Of a stretch of 64,000 nucleotides of DNA, positions 27,181-37,545 are shown in pieces (positions within the stretch are counted from its first letter, which is position 1; each line of letters opens with the position of its first letter). Below the pieces are notes generated by a model, which saw nothing but the letters and a program-made list of their open reading frames with translations, was not told the origin of the DNA and did not search any database. The position numbers and the translations under genes are program-made. Origin of the DNA: a virus (lineage: Duplodnaviria > Caudoviricetes); IMG/VR virus record IMGVR_UViG_3300028832_000117, positions 1 to 64,000 of that record; one strand, 5' to 3'.

Positions 27181-27666
27181 ATGAGCAAATGGAAAAACCT
27201 TATAGTAGACATGGGGAACATAACGTGCTGGGAGGCGGTGCTCACGGGGGCGGACGGCAAGGAGGTCGGTCGGTTCACCGTGGACAGACGCTTCGGCATG
27301 AGCCTGCTCCGGTTCACGGAGGGCGTGCTGCGCATCATAGGCGCTCCGGTCGTGTTCCTCACGGCGTACGACGCGCACGGCGACAGGTTCCCCATAAGGA
27401 TGCCGGTCATAGCCGACGCACGTGCCGCCACCGACGACTACGGAAGCACATCGCTTACCTACATGCAGCAGATGTTCAACGATTTCGCCAACTCCGGCCG
27501 ATGGACCCCCACGCTCGAGAGCTTGACGGGCGACCGATGGACCGTGGAGTTCTTCTCCGTAGACGACGCACCGGACGTCGCCCTACAGGAAAGCTCGGCG
27601 GTGACCCCTGCCGCACGCGGATCGTCAGGGCCTAGGTTCAGAAAATCATTTTTAGGAGGATCGTAA
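27181..27666 (+). CDS. hypothetical protein
   Basis: 161-aa ORF in an operon. Confidence 0.7.
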   Translation: MSKWKNLIVDMGNITCWEAVLTGADGKEVGRFTVDRRFGMSLLRFTEGVLRIIGAPVVFLTAYDAHGDRFPIRMPVIADARAATDDYGSTSLTYMQQMFNDFANSGRWTPTLESLTGDRWTVEFFSVDDAPDVALQESSAVTPAARGSSGPRFRKSFLGGS

Positions 27667-27668
27667 AC

Positions 27669-28880
27669 ATGAAGAACGACAATGAACTGTTCATAGGCGG
27701 AGACCCGAGGTTCCTCTCGGGCGCCGGATTGAACATGCGCGCATCGACGTACGACTGCGGGCCTGTGACCATACCGACGGGGGCGACCGTACTCACATCG
27801 AGGACGATAGGCTTCGAACGTCTCGCCAACATCGGTCCGATCAACGCACTCGTCGAGAACGGCGTGGCGGTGCGACGCGGCAAGCTCCCGTACCATCATC
27901 GACCGCACCTCAACGTATTCCTCCGACCGGGCGAATGGCCGTCTGCAGGCGTCGAACTCGAGACCGAAGAACGTACCGACATCGACAAGAACGCCATGGA
28001 GACGGCTTTACAGTCCAATTGGTTCCACTTCGAGTCGGACTCCTCGCTCTGTACGGGGAACAGGAGCGGCTATGAACTCATCACCGATCCGCTGCCGCCG
28101 AGGTTCTACAGGAACCCGAGGCTGTGGGCGGGACTGCAGAACATCTTGACGCCGTGGGTCGAATCCTGGGCGTTCGCGCAGACCGGTCTCCATGTCCACG
28201 TGGGGCTCACGCAGTTCGAGGAGATGAAGGACGAGCTGGGATTCTTCACAACGCTGTATGATCGGCGCGCGTTCGCCAAATACCTCATCGCCTACCTCTA
28301 CTTCATGGTAGTGGACAGGACGTTCTCCGACCGCATATTCCTGCGCAAGCCCGGAAGCTACTGCCACACGCCGAGCGACATCTATCCGCTGCCAGTGTGG
28401 AAGCCCGGGATGACGGGGGCGTCGGTCGTTCAAGACGTCTTGGCGGCCGTCTGCCAGTACTCGGTGGGACACGGCAGGTATACGGACCACACAGCGAAGC
28501 TGAGCCGTCTCGCCACGGCGGGCACGCTGGAGACTACTGCAGCGTCGGCCAGGCGCCGCATGAACATGAACGAACTCAACATAGCCGGGAACTCGCTCCC
28601 GGAGGCCATAGGATTGTCCGGAACCTTCAGCGGGCATGGTTCGGAGGTGAACATGGGCAACTCGCAGACCATAGAGTTCCGTCGCGGCAAGGGAACGCTC
28701 AATGCGGTCTCGATACTGCAGATGGTAGAGTTCGCTACGCTGCTCGTCAGGTTCGCCGCGAAGATGCTCAAGCGCCCGAACGACCCAGTCGGACCGAAGG
28801 AGATATGCCGCTACATGGCGGAGAACACGACGTCGGGGGCCTTGAAGATCCTCGCCGAACAACAGATGAAAGGAGGCTGA
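27669..28880 (+). CDS. putative amidoligase (COOH-NH2 ligase family)
   Basis: AGVELETE, ESDSSL, GYELITDP, TGLHVHVG, TIEFR motifs. Confidence 0.85.
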   Translation: MKNDNELFIGGDPRFLSGAGLNMRASTYDCGPVTIPTGATVLTSRTIGFERLANIGPINALVENGVAVRRGKLPYHHRPHLNVFLRPGEWPSAGVELETEERTDIDKNAMETALQSNWFHFESDSSLCTGNRSGYELITDPLPPRFYRNPRLWAGLQNILTPWVESWAFAQTGLHVHVGLTQFEEMKDELGFFTTLYDRRAFAKYLIAYLYFMVVDRTFSDRIFLRKPGSYCHTPSDIYPLPVWKPGMTGASVVQDVLAAVCQYSVGHGRYTDHTAKLSRLATAGTLETTAASARRRMNMNELNIAGNSLPEAIGLSGTFSGHGSEVNMGNSQTIEFRRGKGTLNAVSILQMVEFATLLVRFAAKMLKRPNDPVGPKEICRYMAENTTSGALKILAEQQMKGG

Positions 28881-28884
28881 CACC

Positions 28885-30312
28885 ATGTGTGTGCTTATAG
28901 CTGCCAAACGGAAGAAATTCGTAAAACGCGCCGAGATCGTCGAAGCCATGAGGATGAACTCGTCCGGCTTCGCCATGATGGCCGTAAGGCCCGACAACTC
29001 GAGGGATTCCATAAGGACCCTCAGCGACAAGGAGCTTCTCGACTTCTTCGACAACAAGGTGAAGGACGACGACGCGATCGCGTTCCACGCCCGCATACCG
29101 TCGAGAGGGGAGAAGAGCCTCGAGAACGTCCACGGATGGATGATCGAAGGCGTGTGGACGGGCCACAACATGACCATATCCACACTCGACGAGGTGATGC
29201 GCGAAGACAAATGGGACAGGACCGATTCGGAGTACTTCTTCCGGAACATCTTCGGACCGCTCTACAAGGGCTTCGGGGACGCCGCGTTCAAGGACGGCAA
29301 GTTCCACCCGTACATCGACCGGATAATCCGGTGCTTCATGGGTTCGAGCAACAAGTTCCTGTTCGTGATGCCCGACGGGACATTCGTGAGATACGGCACG
29401 TGGGTCTGCGAATCCGACCGCAAGGAGAACGGGGAGATCGCCTTCTGGGCGTCCAATTCGACCTACAAGGTGTATGAACGTTCGTGGCCTGCGGCATCCG
29501 ATAAATCGACCCGCAGCGCCTACAGGTCCGACGAGCGGGGGTACATGGAGTACTGGAAGAACAAGTGTGCGCTCAACTCGCCCGTAAACACAAACAAAAC
29601 GACGGGTGCGATCGAATTCGACGGTACGACGCTTGTCAAAGCGGTCGGAGCCCTTCCGGTCATACGTACCGGGCTCAAGCTGCACATCCTCGCCAACGCG
29701 GCCAAATACCGCGAAGCGATGACAGACGACCTGCCCGGGGGGTGCGAGCCCGGTTCGACGAAGGCGATCGCGGCCGTCTGCCGGATGCCCGTCGATTTCG
29801 TGACCGACAACGAGGAGCTTATAGACGCGGCGAACCCGTGCGAGTACCTGCCTAACGGCGAAGTCATGGGGAGCACCAACCACTACCATGCATGGGTAGA
29901 CGGATGGTCCGCCGCGCTCGAGGAGTACGTCGAACTGTCCGGCCTGAAGACGAAGGTCAGGTACTTCCACATGGCGGAGACGCAGATGAAGGCCGAATTC
30001 GAGAACCTGGAGGACCGCATAGACGCGGCCCTTGTATCCATCGACTGCTGCGTGGACTTGATGGGGGAGACCCCGGAAGAGGCCTTCACCGCGTTCGCGA
30101 TGACCCGTTCACGAAAAGGCAAGCCGACGATGACCAAGGCCGCGTTGACGGACCTCATCACGCCGGACACAAATACGGCCGAAGAAGCCCTTGCCGCAGT
30201 GACCACGCTGCTGACCGGCATACAGGCGCTCATGTTCGGGGAAACTGAAGAGCAAGACCAGGAGGACATATCGTCCGATCCAGAAACGCAGGAAGGAGTG
30301 CTAGAGGGATGA
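28885..30312 (+). CDS. class-II (Ntn) glutamine amidotransferase with a C-terminal extension
   Basis: N-terminal catalytic Cys (MCVLI), NSSGFA, FHARI, ENVHG, HN, TDSE; adjacent to the amidoligase. Confidence 0.8.
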   Translation: MCVLIAAKRKKFVKRAEIVEAMRMNSSGFAMMAVRPDNSRDSIRTLSDKELLDFFDNKVKDDDAIAFHARIPSRGEKSLENVHGWMIEGVWTGHNMTISTLDEVMREDKWDRTDSEYFFRNIFGPLYKGFGDAAFKDGKFHPYIDRIIRCFMGSSNKFLFVMPDGTFVRYGTWVCESDRKENGEIAFWASNSTYKVYERSWPAASDKSTRSAYRSDERGYMEYWKNKCALNSPVNTNKTTGAIEFDGTTLVKAVGALPVIRTGLKLHILANAAKYREAMTDDLPGGCEPGSTKAIAAVCRMPVDFVTDNEELIDAANPCEYLPNGEVMGSTNHYHAWVDGWSAALEEYVELSGLKTKVRYFHMAETQMKAEFENLEDRIDAALVSIDCCVDLMGETPEEAFTAFAMTRSRKGKPTMTKAALTDLITPDTNTAEEALAAVTTLLTGIQALMFGETEEQDQEDISSDPETQEGVLEG

Positions 30313-32753
30313 ACATAAAGACAGCATTCAAGAAGGCCGTGGAGGTCTATCCGGAGCGGGAAAGAAGGGTCGCCCTGGCGGCCTTCGTGACCCGCTACTC
30401 GAGAGGCTGGCACCTGTCGGACTACAGGTGCGTAGGCCTCGACGCCGACGTAATCAAGCTCTTCCTCAAGGAGTGCGGTTTCGGGCCAGGCAACGTGAAG
30501 GACGAAGTGACGCCGCGCGATCCAGAGTCGCACCTGCTGCAGTGGCCCGATCGACACGGGCTCATCGGCAAACTGGCGGCGGAGCTCCAGGAGACGCTCT
30601 CCACGGAACCACGCCGCATAGAACTCTACGCGGCGCAGCTCGATCTCGCGCCGGACCCCGCCCCGCATCTCAAGGACGACACCGTCGTCAGCGAAGACAC
30701 CCCTGCGTGGGATCCTCTCTCGCTGTATCCGTCGACGCTCGCGCTCGCCACCAGGCTGCACGAGGCGAAGGACAGCGCCGATCCCGATTCGGTGCAGTGG
30801 GCGGAGTCATGGCTCACCAAGGACCCCTCGGTACGCACGATCATGGCGCCTCTGTGGGTGCTGGAACGCGCGATGCCGGGTCAAGTCGGTCTCTTCTCCG
30901 CCACATGGAGGTCGTCTTCCGGCCAGACGTCCGCGATCCCGTTCTCGTTCGGCCGGTACATCCGCCGGGACGAACCGCTCTCGCCTCCGTTCCCGGTCAT
31001 CACCTCGATGCCGGTGGCGAACGTGTGGGGCGTCTCGAGCAGACACGGGAGCACGCCGCTCGACGGCTATGTCGCACTTACGCTAGGGGACCTGATGGAC
31101 GTCGAACCGGACGCTCCGAGGACGCCTCTGGCCAAGCGCCGCGACATGTGGATGCACATCGAAAGCGCCTATGTGACCTGCGATTGCGTGAACGGCAGCC
31201 TCAAGCGGATAGAGCTTCTGACCAGACCGGAGCGTCTGTGGAAGTACGTGTGCTCGATCTTCGAGGCGACGTACCGGCACAGGGTCGTGCTTGTGCCCGA
31301 CCAGTGCATGGTGCATTCCGGGCAGAGCCGCAAAGCCGAACTGTCTACCGTATCGGCGCTGGACAACGACGTCATCAACGGACGGAGGCTGGAGGTCCGT
31401 GCGGCCCTGGTGTTCTCCAACGAGGAGCCTGCGGCGTCCACGAAGTCCTGCGGCGCCGAATACGTCGCGCCGGGCGCCCCGAACTTCGTCGTCCTGCCGG
31501 ACGATCCGAAGCCGGGGACCGACCCGTACGTCCGCGACGACGGACGCTTCGACCTCACGGGGACGCTGGCGCTCGAGTGGTACCTGATGACGCACATGCT
31601 CTCAGGGGCTCCGTTGCGGCCGCCGGCCACAAGATCGCGGGGCGGCGACCCGCATGTGGTCAAGGCCATCCGCGAATGGGCGGCCGGAACGACGCGCGCT
31701 CCAGGCGAAGCGCAGCCTCCGGACGAGACGGCGGTCAAGTACGACTTCCGCTACGGCTACAATGCGGGAACGCATATAGCCTGTTCGATACTGGACGACA
31801 TGCGCAGAACGCTGGGCATAAAGGAATTCGCCGCCATCAAACCCGACGACTGGCGCGGAGCCAACAAGGAGCTCCACGGGGTCCAGAAGCCGGTTGTGGC
31901 ACTGTATTCGTGCGTCCTCGGCAAGGGAAGCCCGATCGTGGATCTCACGAAAGGCGCCACGCCCGACGCGGTTACGGCGGCGCTCGATATCCTCGCGGAC
32001 CCGGCGGTGCAGCTCGCCACGCCTGCCGCTCCGAAGGACGTGATGGTTGTCGTGGAGACGCAGATCAAGTTCCCGGAGTCCGGCGTGCCGCTGCAGGCGG
32101 GCCGTTGGTCGGTGGACCAATACCTCAAGGACCTGTTCCTGTGGGGCTTCATGGTGAACCAGTGCAAGCATCCGACCTATACGCTCCAGTCGCGCAACAG
32201 CGAGGAGCCGACGCAGAGGTTCATCCGCGGCGAACTCGCGGCGCTCGCCGTTCCGCAGTATCACTTCCTGTGGGCGAAGAACGCGAACGACGAGACGCGG
32301 TTCAAGGATATGAAAGACGACCGCGACTACGATGCGTTGTCCTGCCTGACGGCCAGATCCACGGTGGTCAGCATGCTCAAGGATTCGTACGGCAGGCTTG
32401 TCCTGGCGTTCAAGGTCCAGGCGCTTTCGCCGGTAGAGTGTGCGTGCAGGGCGGCGTTCCGCTACTACACGAACGCGCCGATCCTCGGCAACGAAGCCAT
32501 GGAGAAGACCCTCCGAGTGCAAGCCGAAAGGTTCATCGTGTTGGACCCGGTGGCGCCGGACCTCAGACGCATACTGAGAGCCCATATCCTGGGCGACGGC
32601 TATGGCGTGGTACCGGGATGGACATCGGTCGCGAGCCCGTGGTGGGACGCGAACTTGAGGTCGTCGCAGCCGCCGTCGTTGGATACGTACAAGTTCTCCT
32701 CCGAGGCGATCGAAGGCCTTACCGGCTCCGCAATCGTGGGAAAACTGTCGTGA
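30309..32753 (+). CDS. large hypothetical protein (814 aa)
   Basis: ATGA-coupled ORF with no motif recognised. Confidence 0.7.
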   Translation: MNIKTAFKKAVEVYPERERRVALAAFVTRYSRGWHLSDYRCVGLDADVIKLFLKECGFGPGNVKDEVTPRDPESHLLQWPDRHGLIGKLAAELQETLSTEPRRIELYAAQLDLAPDPAPHLKDDTVVSEDTPAWDPLSLYPSTLALATRLHEAKDSADPDSVQWAESWLTKDPSVRTIMAPLWVLERAMPGQVGLFSATWRSSSGQTSAIPFSFGRYIRRDEPLSPPFPVITSMPVANVWGVSSRHGSTPLDGYVALTLGDLMDVEPDAPRTPLAKRRDMWMHIESAYVTCDCVNGSLKRIELLTRPERLWKYVCSIFEATYRHRVVLVPDQCMVHSGQSRKAELSTVSALDNDVINGRRLEVRAALVFSNEEPAASTKSCGAEYVAPGAPNFVVLPDDPKPGTDPYVRDDGRFDLTGTLALEWYLMTHMLSGAPLRPPATRSRGGDPHVVKAIREWAAGTTRAPGEAQPPDETAVKYDFRYGYNAGTHIACSILDDMRRTLGIKEFAAIKPDDWRGANKELHGVQKPVVALYSCVLGKGSPIVDLTKGATPDAVTAALDILADPAVQLATPAAPKDVMVVVETQIKFPESGVPLQAGRWSVDQYLKDLFLWGFMVNQCKHPTYTLQSRNSEEPTQRFIRGELAALAVPQYHFLWAKNANDETRFKDMKDDRDYDALSCLTARSTVVSMLKDSYGRLVLAFKVQALSPVECACRAAFRYYTNAPILGNEAMEKTLRVQAERFIVLDPVAPDLRRILRAHILGDGYGVVPGWTSVASPWWDANLRSSQPPSLDTYKFSSEAIEGLTGSAIVGKLS

Positions 32754-32761
32754 CGCACAGA

Positions 32762-32801
32762 AAGGCCCTGCCCCTCGAAGAGAGGGGTGGGGCTTGTTTT
32801 T
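32762..32801 (+). terminator. rho-independent terminator
   Basis: AAGGCCCTGCCCCTC...GAGGGGTGGGGCTT followed by GTTTTT. Confidence 0.75.
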
Positions 32802-32813
32802 ATCTCAACGCCG

Positions 32814-32842
32814 TTGACCCGGGGTAGCGGATATGGTATAAT
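32814..32842 (+). promoter_or_regulatory. promoter of the replication module
   Basis: TTGACC-N17-TATAAT with TATGG extension. Confidence 0.75.
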
Positions 32843-32880
32843 CTCCACCCGTTGCCCCGTTTGACGGGAAAGGAAACCTG

Positions 32881-34182
32881 ATGAAACTTTTGGATTGGCA
32901 AAAACCGCTGGCCGAACGCCAGACCGAAACGCTGAAGAGGGAGCGATGCTTCCTCATGGCGGCGAACACGGGTGCGGGCAAGACGTACCTCGCCGCGCAG
33001 ACGATAACCGACCTCAAGCTCCCCACGATAGTCGTAGCCCCCAAGATCTCGCTCACGCAATGGGCCAAGGTCCTCGAGGGGATGGGCGCGACGCCGTACG
33101 TGAAGGCGATCGTCAATCCCGAGAAGCTTGTGACGTCGAAGAAGCAGAAGCTCTACGACAACGACCTCGGGTGGCAGACGGACGCGAAGTTCCTCATCTT
33201 CGACGAAGTCCACCGCGGTGCCAGTGGAGAGAAATCGAAGACCACGAAGGCCTTGGCGCGGTGGTGCAACAAACTGCACCCCGACAACAAGGTGCTTGCG
33301 ATGTCCGCAACCCCGTTCGAGACCCCGATGAAGATGCGGGCGCTCGGCTACCTCTTCGGCTTCCACAGGTTCGTGGACGCGAGCTGGTACGACTTCCTCA
33401 AGGCGAACGGGTGCTTCATATCGAACCGCGGCGGCAGGGGTCATCTCGAGTTTACGAAGGACAAGCTGCGTGCGACGCGCATCATGCGCAACATCCGCGA
33501 GAGGATGGGCGACAGGTTCCTTGCGGTCACGCCCGCCGAGATACCCGACTTCCCCGACGAGGTGAAGGAGGTCGTCCTGGTGGACCTCGACAAGAAGGAC
33601 CACGACGCGCTCGTGCAGGCGTATTCCGAGATGCCGGACACGATGAAGAAGCTCTCCGAGGACGAACGCGTGAAGCTCACGCGCCTCCGCCAGCAGGCCG
33701 AGTTCTGCAAGGCGGGCGTGCTGGCCGAGATGGCGATGAACCTCGTGGAGGACGGAAACTCCGTCTTCGTCTGCGTCAACTACACCGACGCCAGGCTTCG
33801 CATACAGATGCAGCTCGAGCAGGCCGGGGTTCCGTTCGCCTCGATATACGGCGGGCAGAGGGACTCCGAGCGGCAGAAGGGCATCGACGACTTCCAGGCG
33901 AACAGGGTGCATGTCATGATCGGCATGGCCCCAGCGTGCTCCGTGGCGCTCAGTCTCCATGACGAACACCACGAGAGGCCGAGGGTGTCGCTCATCAGCC
34001 CCGGGTACTCCGTATCGGAGTTCGTCCAGGCGCTGGGCAGGATCCGCCGCGTCGGCGGAACGACCGCCGTGCAGAAGATCGTCATATGCGCCAACTCCGT
34101 CGAGGAGCGCGTGGGCAGGGCGATCGAGCAGAAGATGGACAACCTGGCGGCGCTTTGCGACGCCGACTTCGAAAGAAGGTGA
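32881..34182 (+). CDS. superfamily 2 DNA helicase
   Basis: ANTGAGKT Walker A, IFDEVH Walker B, SATP motif III, QALGRIRRVG motif VI. Confidence 0.9.
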   Translation: MKLLDWQKPLAERQTETLKRERCFLMAANTGAGKTYLAAQTITDLKLPTIVVAPKISLTQWAKVLEGMGATPYVKAIVNPEKLVTSKKQKLYDNDLGWQTDAKFLIFDEVHRGASGEKSKTTKALARWCNKLHPDNKVLAMSATPFETPMKMRALGYLFGFHRFVDASWYDFLKANGCFISNRGGRGHLEFTKDKLRATRIMRNIRERMGDRFLAVTPAEIPDFPDEVKEVVLVDLDKKDHDALVQAYSEMPDTMKKLSEDERVKLTRLRQQAEFCKAGVLAEMAMNLVEDGNSVFVCVNYTDARLRIQMQLEQAGVPFASIYGGQRDSERQKGIDDFQANRVHVMIGMAPACSVALSLHDEHHERPRVSLISPGYSVSEFVQALGRIRRVGGTTAVQKIVICANSVEERVGRAIEQKMDNLAALCDADFERR

Positions 34183-34216
34183 ACCGTGGAACCGTACGTA
34201 AACAAGGAGAGAAACG

Positions 34217-34411
34217 ATGCCAGCAAGACCTGAATGCCCTTTCTGCGGAAGCACCTATACGACCCTTGGGTTGTTTCCGGACCCGACCGGGATATCCACG
34301 CCCTATGCGGTTGTCTGCTACGACTGCGGGGCGCGCGGACCGACGCATCCGACCGCCGAGGGAGCGGAAGCCCATTGGGCCGAAAGGAGGCAACCCCATG
34401 GAAGTGCTTGA
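34217..34411 (+). CDS. Lar-family (restriction alleviation-like) zinc ribbon protein
   Basis: CPFCGS...VVCYDCGARGP...AEAHW. Confidence 0.7.
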   Translation: MPARPECPFCGSTYTTLGLFPDPTGISTPYAVVCYDCGARGPTHPTAEGAEAHWAERRQPHGSA

Positions 34412-34617
34412 GTGCAAGAGCGTGGACGGCGCGATCACGGCGATACCGATGGACCGCATCGACTCGATAGCAAGGAGCCTGTACCGTAGCGCCGTCATGG
34501 TGACGACGAAGAGCGGGCAGGAGTACCACATCGAGAAGGACTGGCGCATAGTCGAGGTGGAGGGCTGGGACCAGGTGCTCGAAAAAATGTTTACACAGAA
34601 GAAAGGAACGACACAAG

Positions 34618-35931
34618 ATGTACAAGGTACCCCGCGTAAGCCCGTCGGCGCTGGCCGCAACGGAGCAGTGCCCCCGGTTCCGGCCGGACGGCAAGGACAA
34701 CGACGCGTCGATAGACGGAACGCTGTTCCACGAAACGATGGAGGAGCTGGTGGTCCACCACCCGCCGGAGACGTGGCCGGAGGTGATCGCAAAGATGGAG
34801 CTGAGCCCGGATCTCCGGAGCCTGGTCCTCTCGGCGTCGGCGACGGTCAAGGACCTGGCGTTCGCGCCTGAGTACACCGCGGTCCCGGCGGGGCGCAACG
34901 CGCTCCCGCCGAGCTTCCAGGTGTACCCCAACTTCCGTCTCAGGATGCGCGGCGGCAAGCCGAGGGTGGCTCCGCTCAAGCCCGGGGTCTACCCGGAGTG
35001 CGAAGTCGACCGCGGGCAGAACCGCCACGGCTACATCGACCTCATGGTCGTGACGCCGGAGGGGCTTGTGTTCATCCTGGACTACAAGTCCAACCGTGCA
35101 AGCAAGAACTTCCGCCTGCAGCTCGCGGCGTACGCATGCGACGTGAACAGGCTCTGCCCTGCACACGATTCGTTCGTGTGCATCATAATCGCGCCGCGTC
35201 TTGGCGAGGAGGACCAGCTCCGCATGGAGCTCGGCCCGTCCGACCTCGCCGTGTTCAGGCGTCGCATCGAGCGCATAGAGGAGCTCGCCGATCGGTCCGC
35301 CAACGACGACGAGATACCCGGCCACCCGTGCGACGCGTGCCAGTACTGCCACTGGGCGGGCATATGCAAGTTTCAAGCCGAGGATGCGGTGGCCGTGGCC
35401 CGTTACGAGCCGACGGTCGCCCGACTCGTGCAGCGGGGGATATATGCAGGGGAACCTCTCACGCCCGAGACGTTCCGTGCGCCTGCGACCCCCGCACAGC
35501 GCGGTCTGCGCCGTGCTGTACTGAAGAACCTCGAGGCCATGATTGACGCCATGAAGGACGGAGACAAGGAGTGGGTGCGGCTCAACCCCACCACCGAAGT
35601 CCCCGGCTGGAAGGTGTCGTTCGCCAAAGGACGCTCCGTTCTCGACAAGACGAGGATGAAGGATATCCGGCAGGCGATTATGTCCCGTTTCGGGTTCACT
35701 CCGGAGGAGCTGGCGGACGTGTCGGTGGTCGACGCGAAGCTCCTGGAGGAGAACCTCGTCACGGTATGCGGCTATGCGAAAAAGGCCGCGGCCGAAGAGG
35801 TGAAGCGGTGTCTGGAACCGTTCTCTGCTGCCGGAAGCCCTGTGCTCCGGTGGACGCAGGTCCGGGATCCGGCATCGGATGTCGACGCCGAATTCGTCGA
35901 CGTGACACCAAGGGAAGCCATAGGAAACTAA
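34618..35931 (+). CDS. PD-(D/E)XK Cas4/RecB-like exonuclease with Fe-S cysteines
   Basis: SPSAL..EQCPRF, GTLFHE, GYIDL...LDYKS, QLAAYA, CDACQYC..AGIC. Confidence 0.85.
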   Translation: MYKVPRVSPSALAATEQCPRFRPDGKDNDASIDGTLFHETMEELVVHHPPETWPEVIAKMELSPDLRSLVLSASATVKDLAFAPEYTAVPAGRNALPPSFQVYPNFRLRMRGGKPRVAPLKPGVYPECEVDRGQNRHGYIDLMVVTPEGLVFILDYKSNRASKNFRLQLAAYACDVNRLCPAHDSFVCIIIAPRLGEEDQLRMELGPSDLAVFRRRIERIEELADRSANDDEIPGHPCDACQYCHWAGICKFQAEDAVAVARYEPTVARLVQRGIYAGEPLTPETFRAPATPAQRGLRRAVLKNLEAMIDAMKDGDKEWVRLNPTTEVPGWKVSFAKGRSVLDKTRMKDIRQAIMSRFGFTPEELADVSVVDAKLLEENLVTVCGYAKKAAAEEVKRCLEPFSAAGSPVLRWTQVRDPASDVDAEFVDVTPREAIGN

Positions 35932-35952
35932 GGTAACCGGAAAGTAACAAAC

Positions 35953-36879
35953 ATGAGCCAAGGTAAACAGCCAGCGGCGGAACCGCTCGATGACGTCGTT
36001 GACGCGATGAACGCGAGCGAAACCGCAGTAGCCACGGTTCCGACAGGAGCCGTATCGACAGAGGTCAAGGTGCAGGGGGCCCAACTCGAGTTCCCCTTCA
36101 TCCGCATAGGCCAGGGAATGAGCACGTGGAAGACCACCGAGGGGCGCAAGCCGCAGATCGGAGGTCTCTACATCGGCAAGAACAAGGAGAACAACGTCCT
36201 GATCGCCGACGAGGGCAAGGAGGCCGGTATCTGCGGCATCCTCCTCGAGGTGGTGCAGGGCTTCAAGGAACGCCGCCAGTGGCAGGCCGGAATGGGCGCG
36301 CCCAAGCGTTGGATCGTCGGAACGCCGAAGGAGGACGGAACCCCGTCCACCGAGGCCGAGGTCCTCGCGAAGGCCGCAGAGGAGGGCTTCTCCCTCCAGC
36401 CCAAGGAGACCGGCGAGGTGTGGCCCGACACAGGCCGCCCGAAGCTCGTGGCGAACCTCGACAGGTTCTGCTACGTTCTCATGCTGGTGCCGGTGCCTGA
36501 TACGTTCGAGTCGGACGACTTCCGTCTCGTCCCGATCGGGGACCGTCTGTACACGACCGCGCGCTTCGAGTTCGAGAAGCAGTACTACAAGTCCGTCATG
36601 TCGGTGCTGCAGAACATCGAGGCGAGGGCGAAGTTCGCCCACCGTCACGACAAGACACCCTACCAGTTCTCCGTGAACGGAATGGTCGTGCACATCTACT
36701 CGACCACGATGACCAACCGAAACGGCATCGAGTACGTCGGACCCGCGTTCGAGCGAGCCCTCAGGGACGGAAAGCCCTGGGAGTTCACGACCGAGGAGAA
36801 GTCCGACTTCACCCAGTTCCTGATGTCCGCGAAGGCGGGCTACGCATCCGCGGAAGACGCGGAGTCGACGGAGTGGTGA
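35953..36879 (+). CDS. putative ssDNA-binding/annealing protein
   Basis: Position between nuclease and polymerase, strong codon bias, acidic C-tail ending in an aromatic residue (EDAESTEW). Confidence 0.5.
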   Translation: MSQGKQPAAEPLDDVVDAMNASETAVATVPTGAVSTEVKVQGAQLEFPFIRIGQGMSTWKTTEGRKPQIGGLYIGKNKENNVLIADEGKEAGICGILLEVVQGFKERRQWQAGMGAPKRWIVGTPKEDGTPSTEAEVLAKAAEEGFSLQPKETGEVWPDTGRPKLVANLDRFCYVLMLVPVPDTFESDDFRLVPIGDRLYTTARFEFEKQYYKSVMSVLQNIEARAKFAHRHDKTPYQFSVNGMVVHIYSTTMTNRNGIEYVGPAFERALRDGKPWEFTTEEKSDFTQFLMSAKAGYASAEDAESTEW

Positions 36880-36899
36880 TGAACGAAGGCTGAGACCTG

Positions 36900-36944
36900 T
36901 AACCCGCATGGTTCCGGAAGGAATCGTGCGGGTTATTTTTTTTT
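36900..36944 (+). terminator. rho-independent terminator
   Basis: TAACCCGCATGGTTCC-GGAA-GGAATCGTGCGGGTTA followed by a long T-run. Confidence 0.85.
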
Positions 36945-36956
36945 CTTCCTGACCCC

Positions 36957-36986
36957 TTGACACCATGCAAGGAGTTATGGTACAAT
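36957..36986 (+). promoter_or_regulatory. promoter
   Basis: TTGACA(CCAT)-N18-TACAAT with TATGG extension. Confidence 0.75.
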
Positions 36987-36996
36987 ACGCGTCACC

Positions 36997-37509
36997 ATGA
37001 AGAAGATAGAGTCAAAGAACGGAACGAAGAGATACGTGTTCGAGAAGGGCGACGGCGTGCGCCGCAGGTTCCTTCCGTTCATGGAGGAGTGGCGCGTCAG
37101 GCTCCCGGACCCCAAGGAGTATGCGCCGCGTGCGCGGCTCAGGCATCCGCACGAGTGGTACCTCGACGAGAGGCACATCATGCAGAGGCCGAGCATGGGG
37201 CTCCTGTCGCTCGCGCAGTTCGCCGAATGGATGCTGTACATGACGCAGATGAAGGCCCACGGCAGCAAGGCGCACGTCGCCGCAACGAGGCTCTTCCTCT
37301 ACATACAGAGGCGCATGCGGGCCTACATGCACAGGCAGGGCCTCGACAGGCCGCTCACGCGCAGGATGACGGCGATCTACAGGGGAGCGGCACGCATCGC
37401 GCTCGAGAGGGCGCGGCACGCCTACGGACTCTATGTGCAGCTCGAGCCGCCCAAGAAAGACCCCGATGCAGTAGACCCCCTTGACACCATACGTAACGAT
37501 ATGGTATAA
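36997..37509 (+). CDS. hypothetical basic protein
   Basis: 170 aa with its own promoter. Confidence 0.65.
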   Translation: MKKIESKNGTKRYVFEKGDGVRRRFLPFMEEWRVRLPDPKEYAPRARLRHPHEWYLDERHIMQRPSMGLLSLAQFAEWMLYMTQMKAHGSKAHVAATRLFLYIQRRMRAYMHRQGLDRPLTRRMTAIYRGAARIALERARHAYGLYVQLEPPKKDPDAVDPLDTIRNDMV

Positions 37510-37510
37510 T
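37481..37510 (+). promoter_or_regulatory. promoter of the DNA polymerase gene
   Basis: TTGACA(CCAT)-N18-TATAAT with TATGG extension. Confidence 0.8.
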
Positions 37511-37545
37511 GTACGACGTTTTTGACAAACACAAGGAGACATCTA

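Noticed and set aside
34398-34871. ORF MEVLECKSVD... overlapping the nuclease by about 250 nt
   Set aside because: The 5' part looks like a real small gene, but the long overlap is probably a lost stop; not enough support for a special mechanism
34618-35931. Cas4-like gene as evidence of CRISPR-Cas
   Set aside because: No cas1/cas2 or array; it sits in the helicase-SSB-polymerase module typical of phage recombination nucleases
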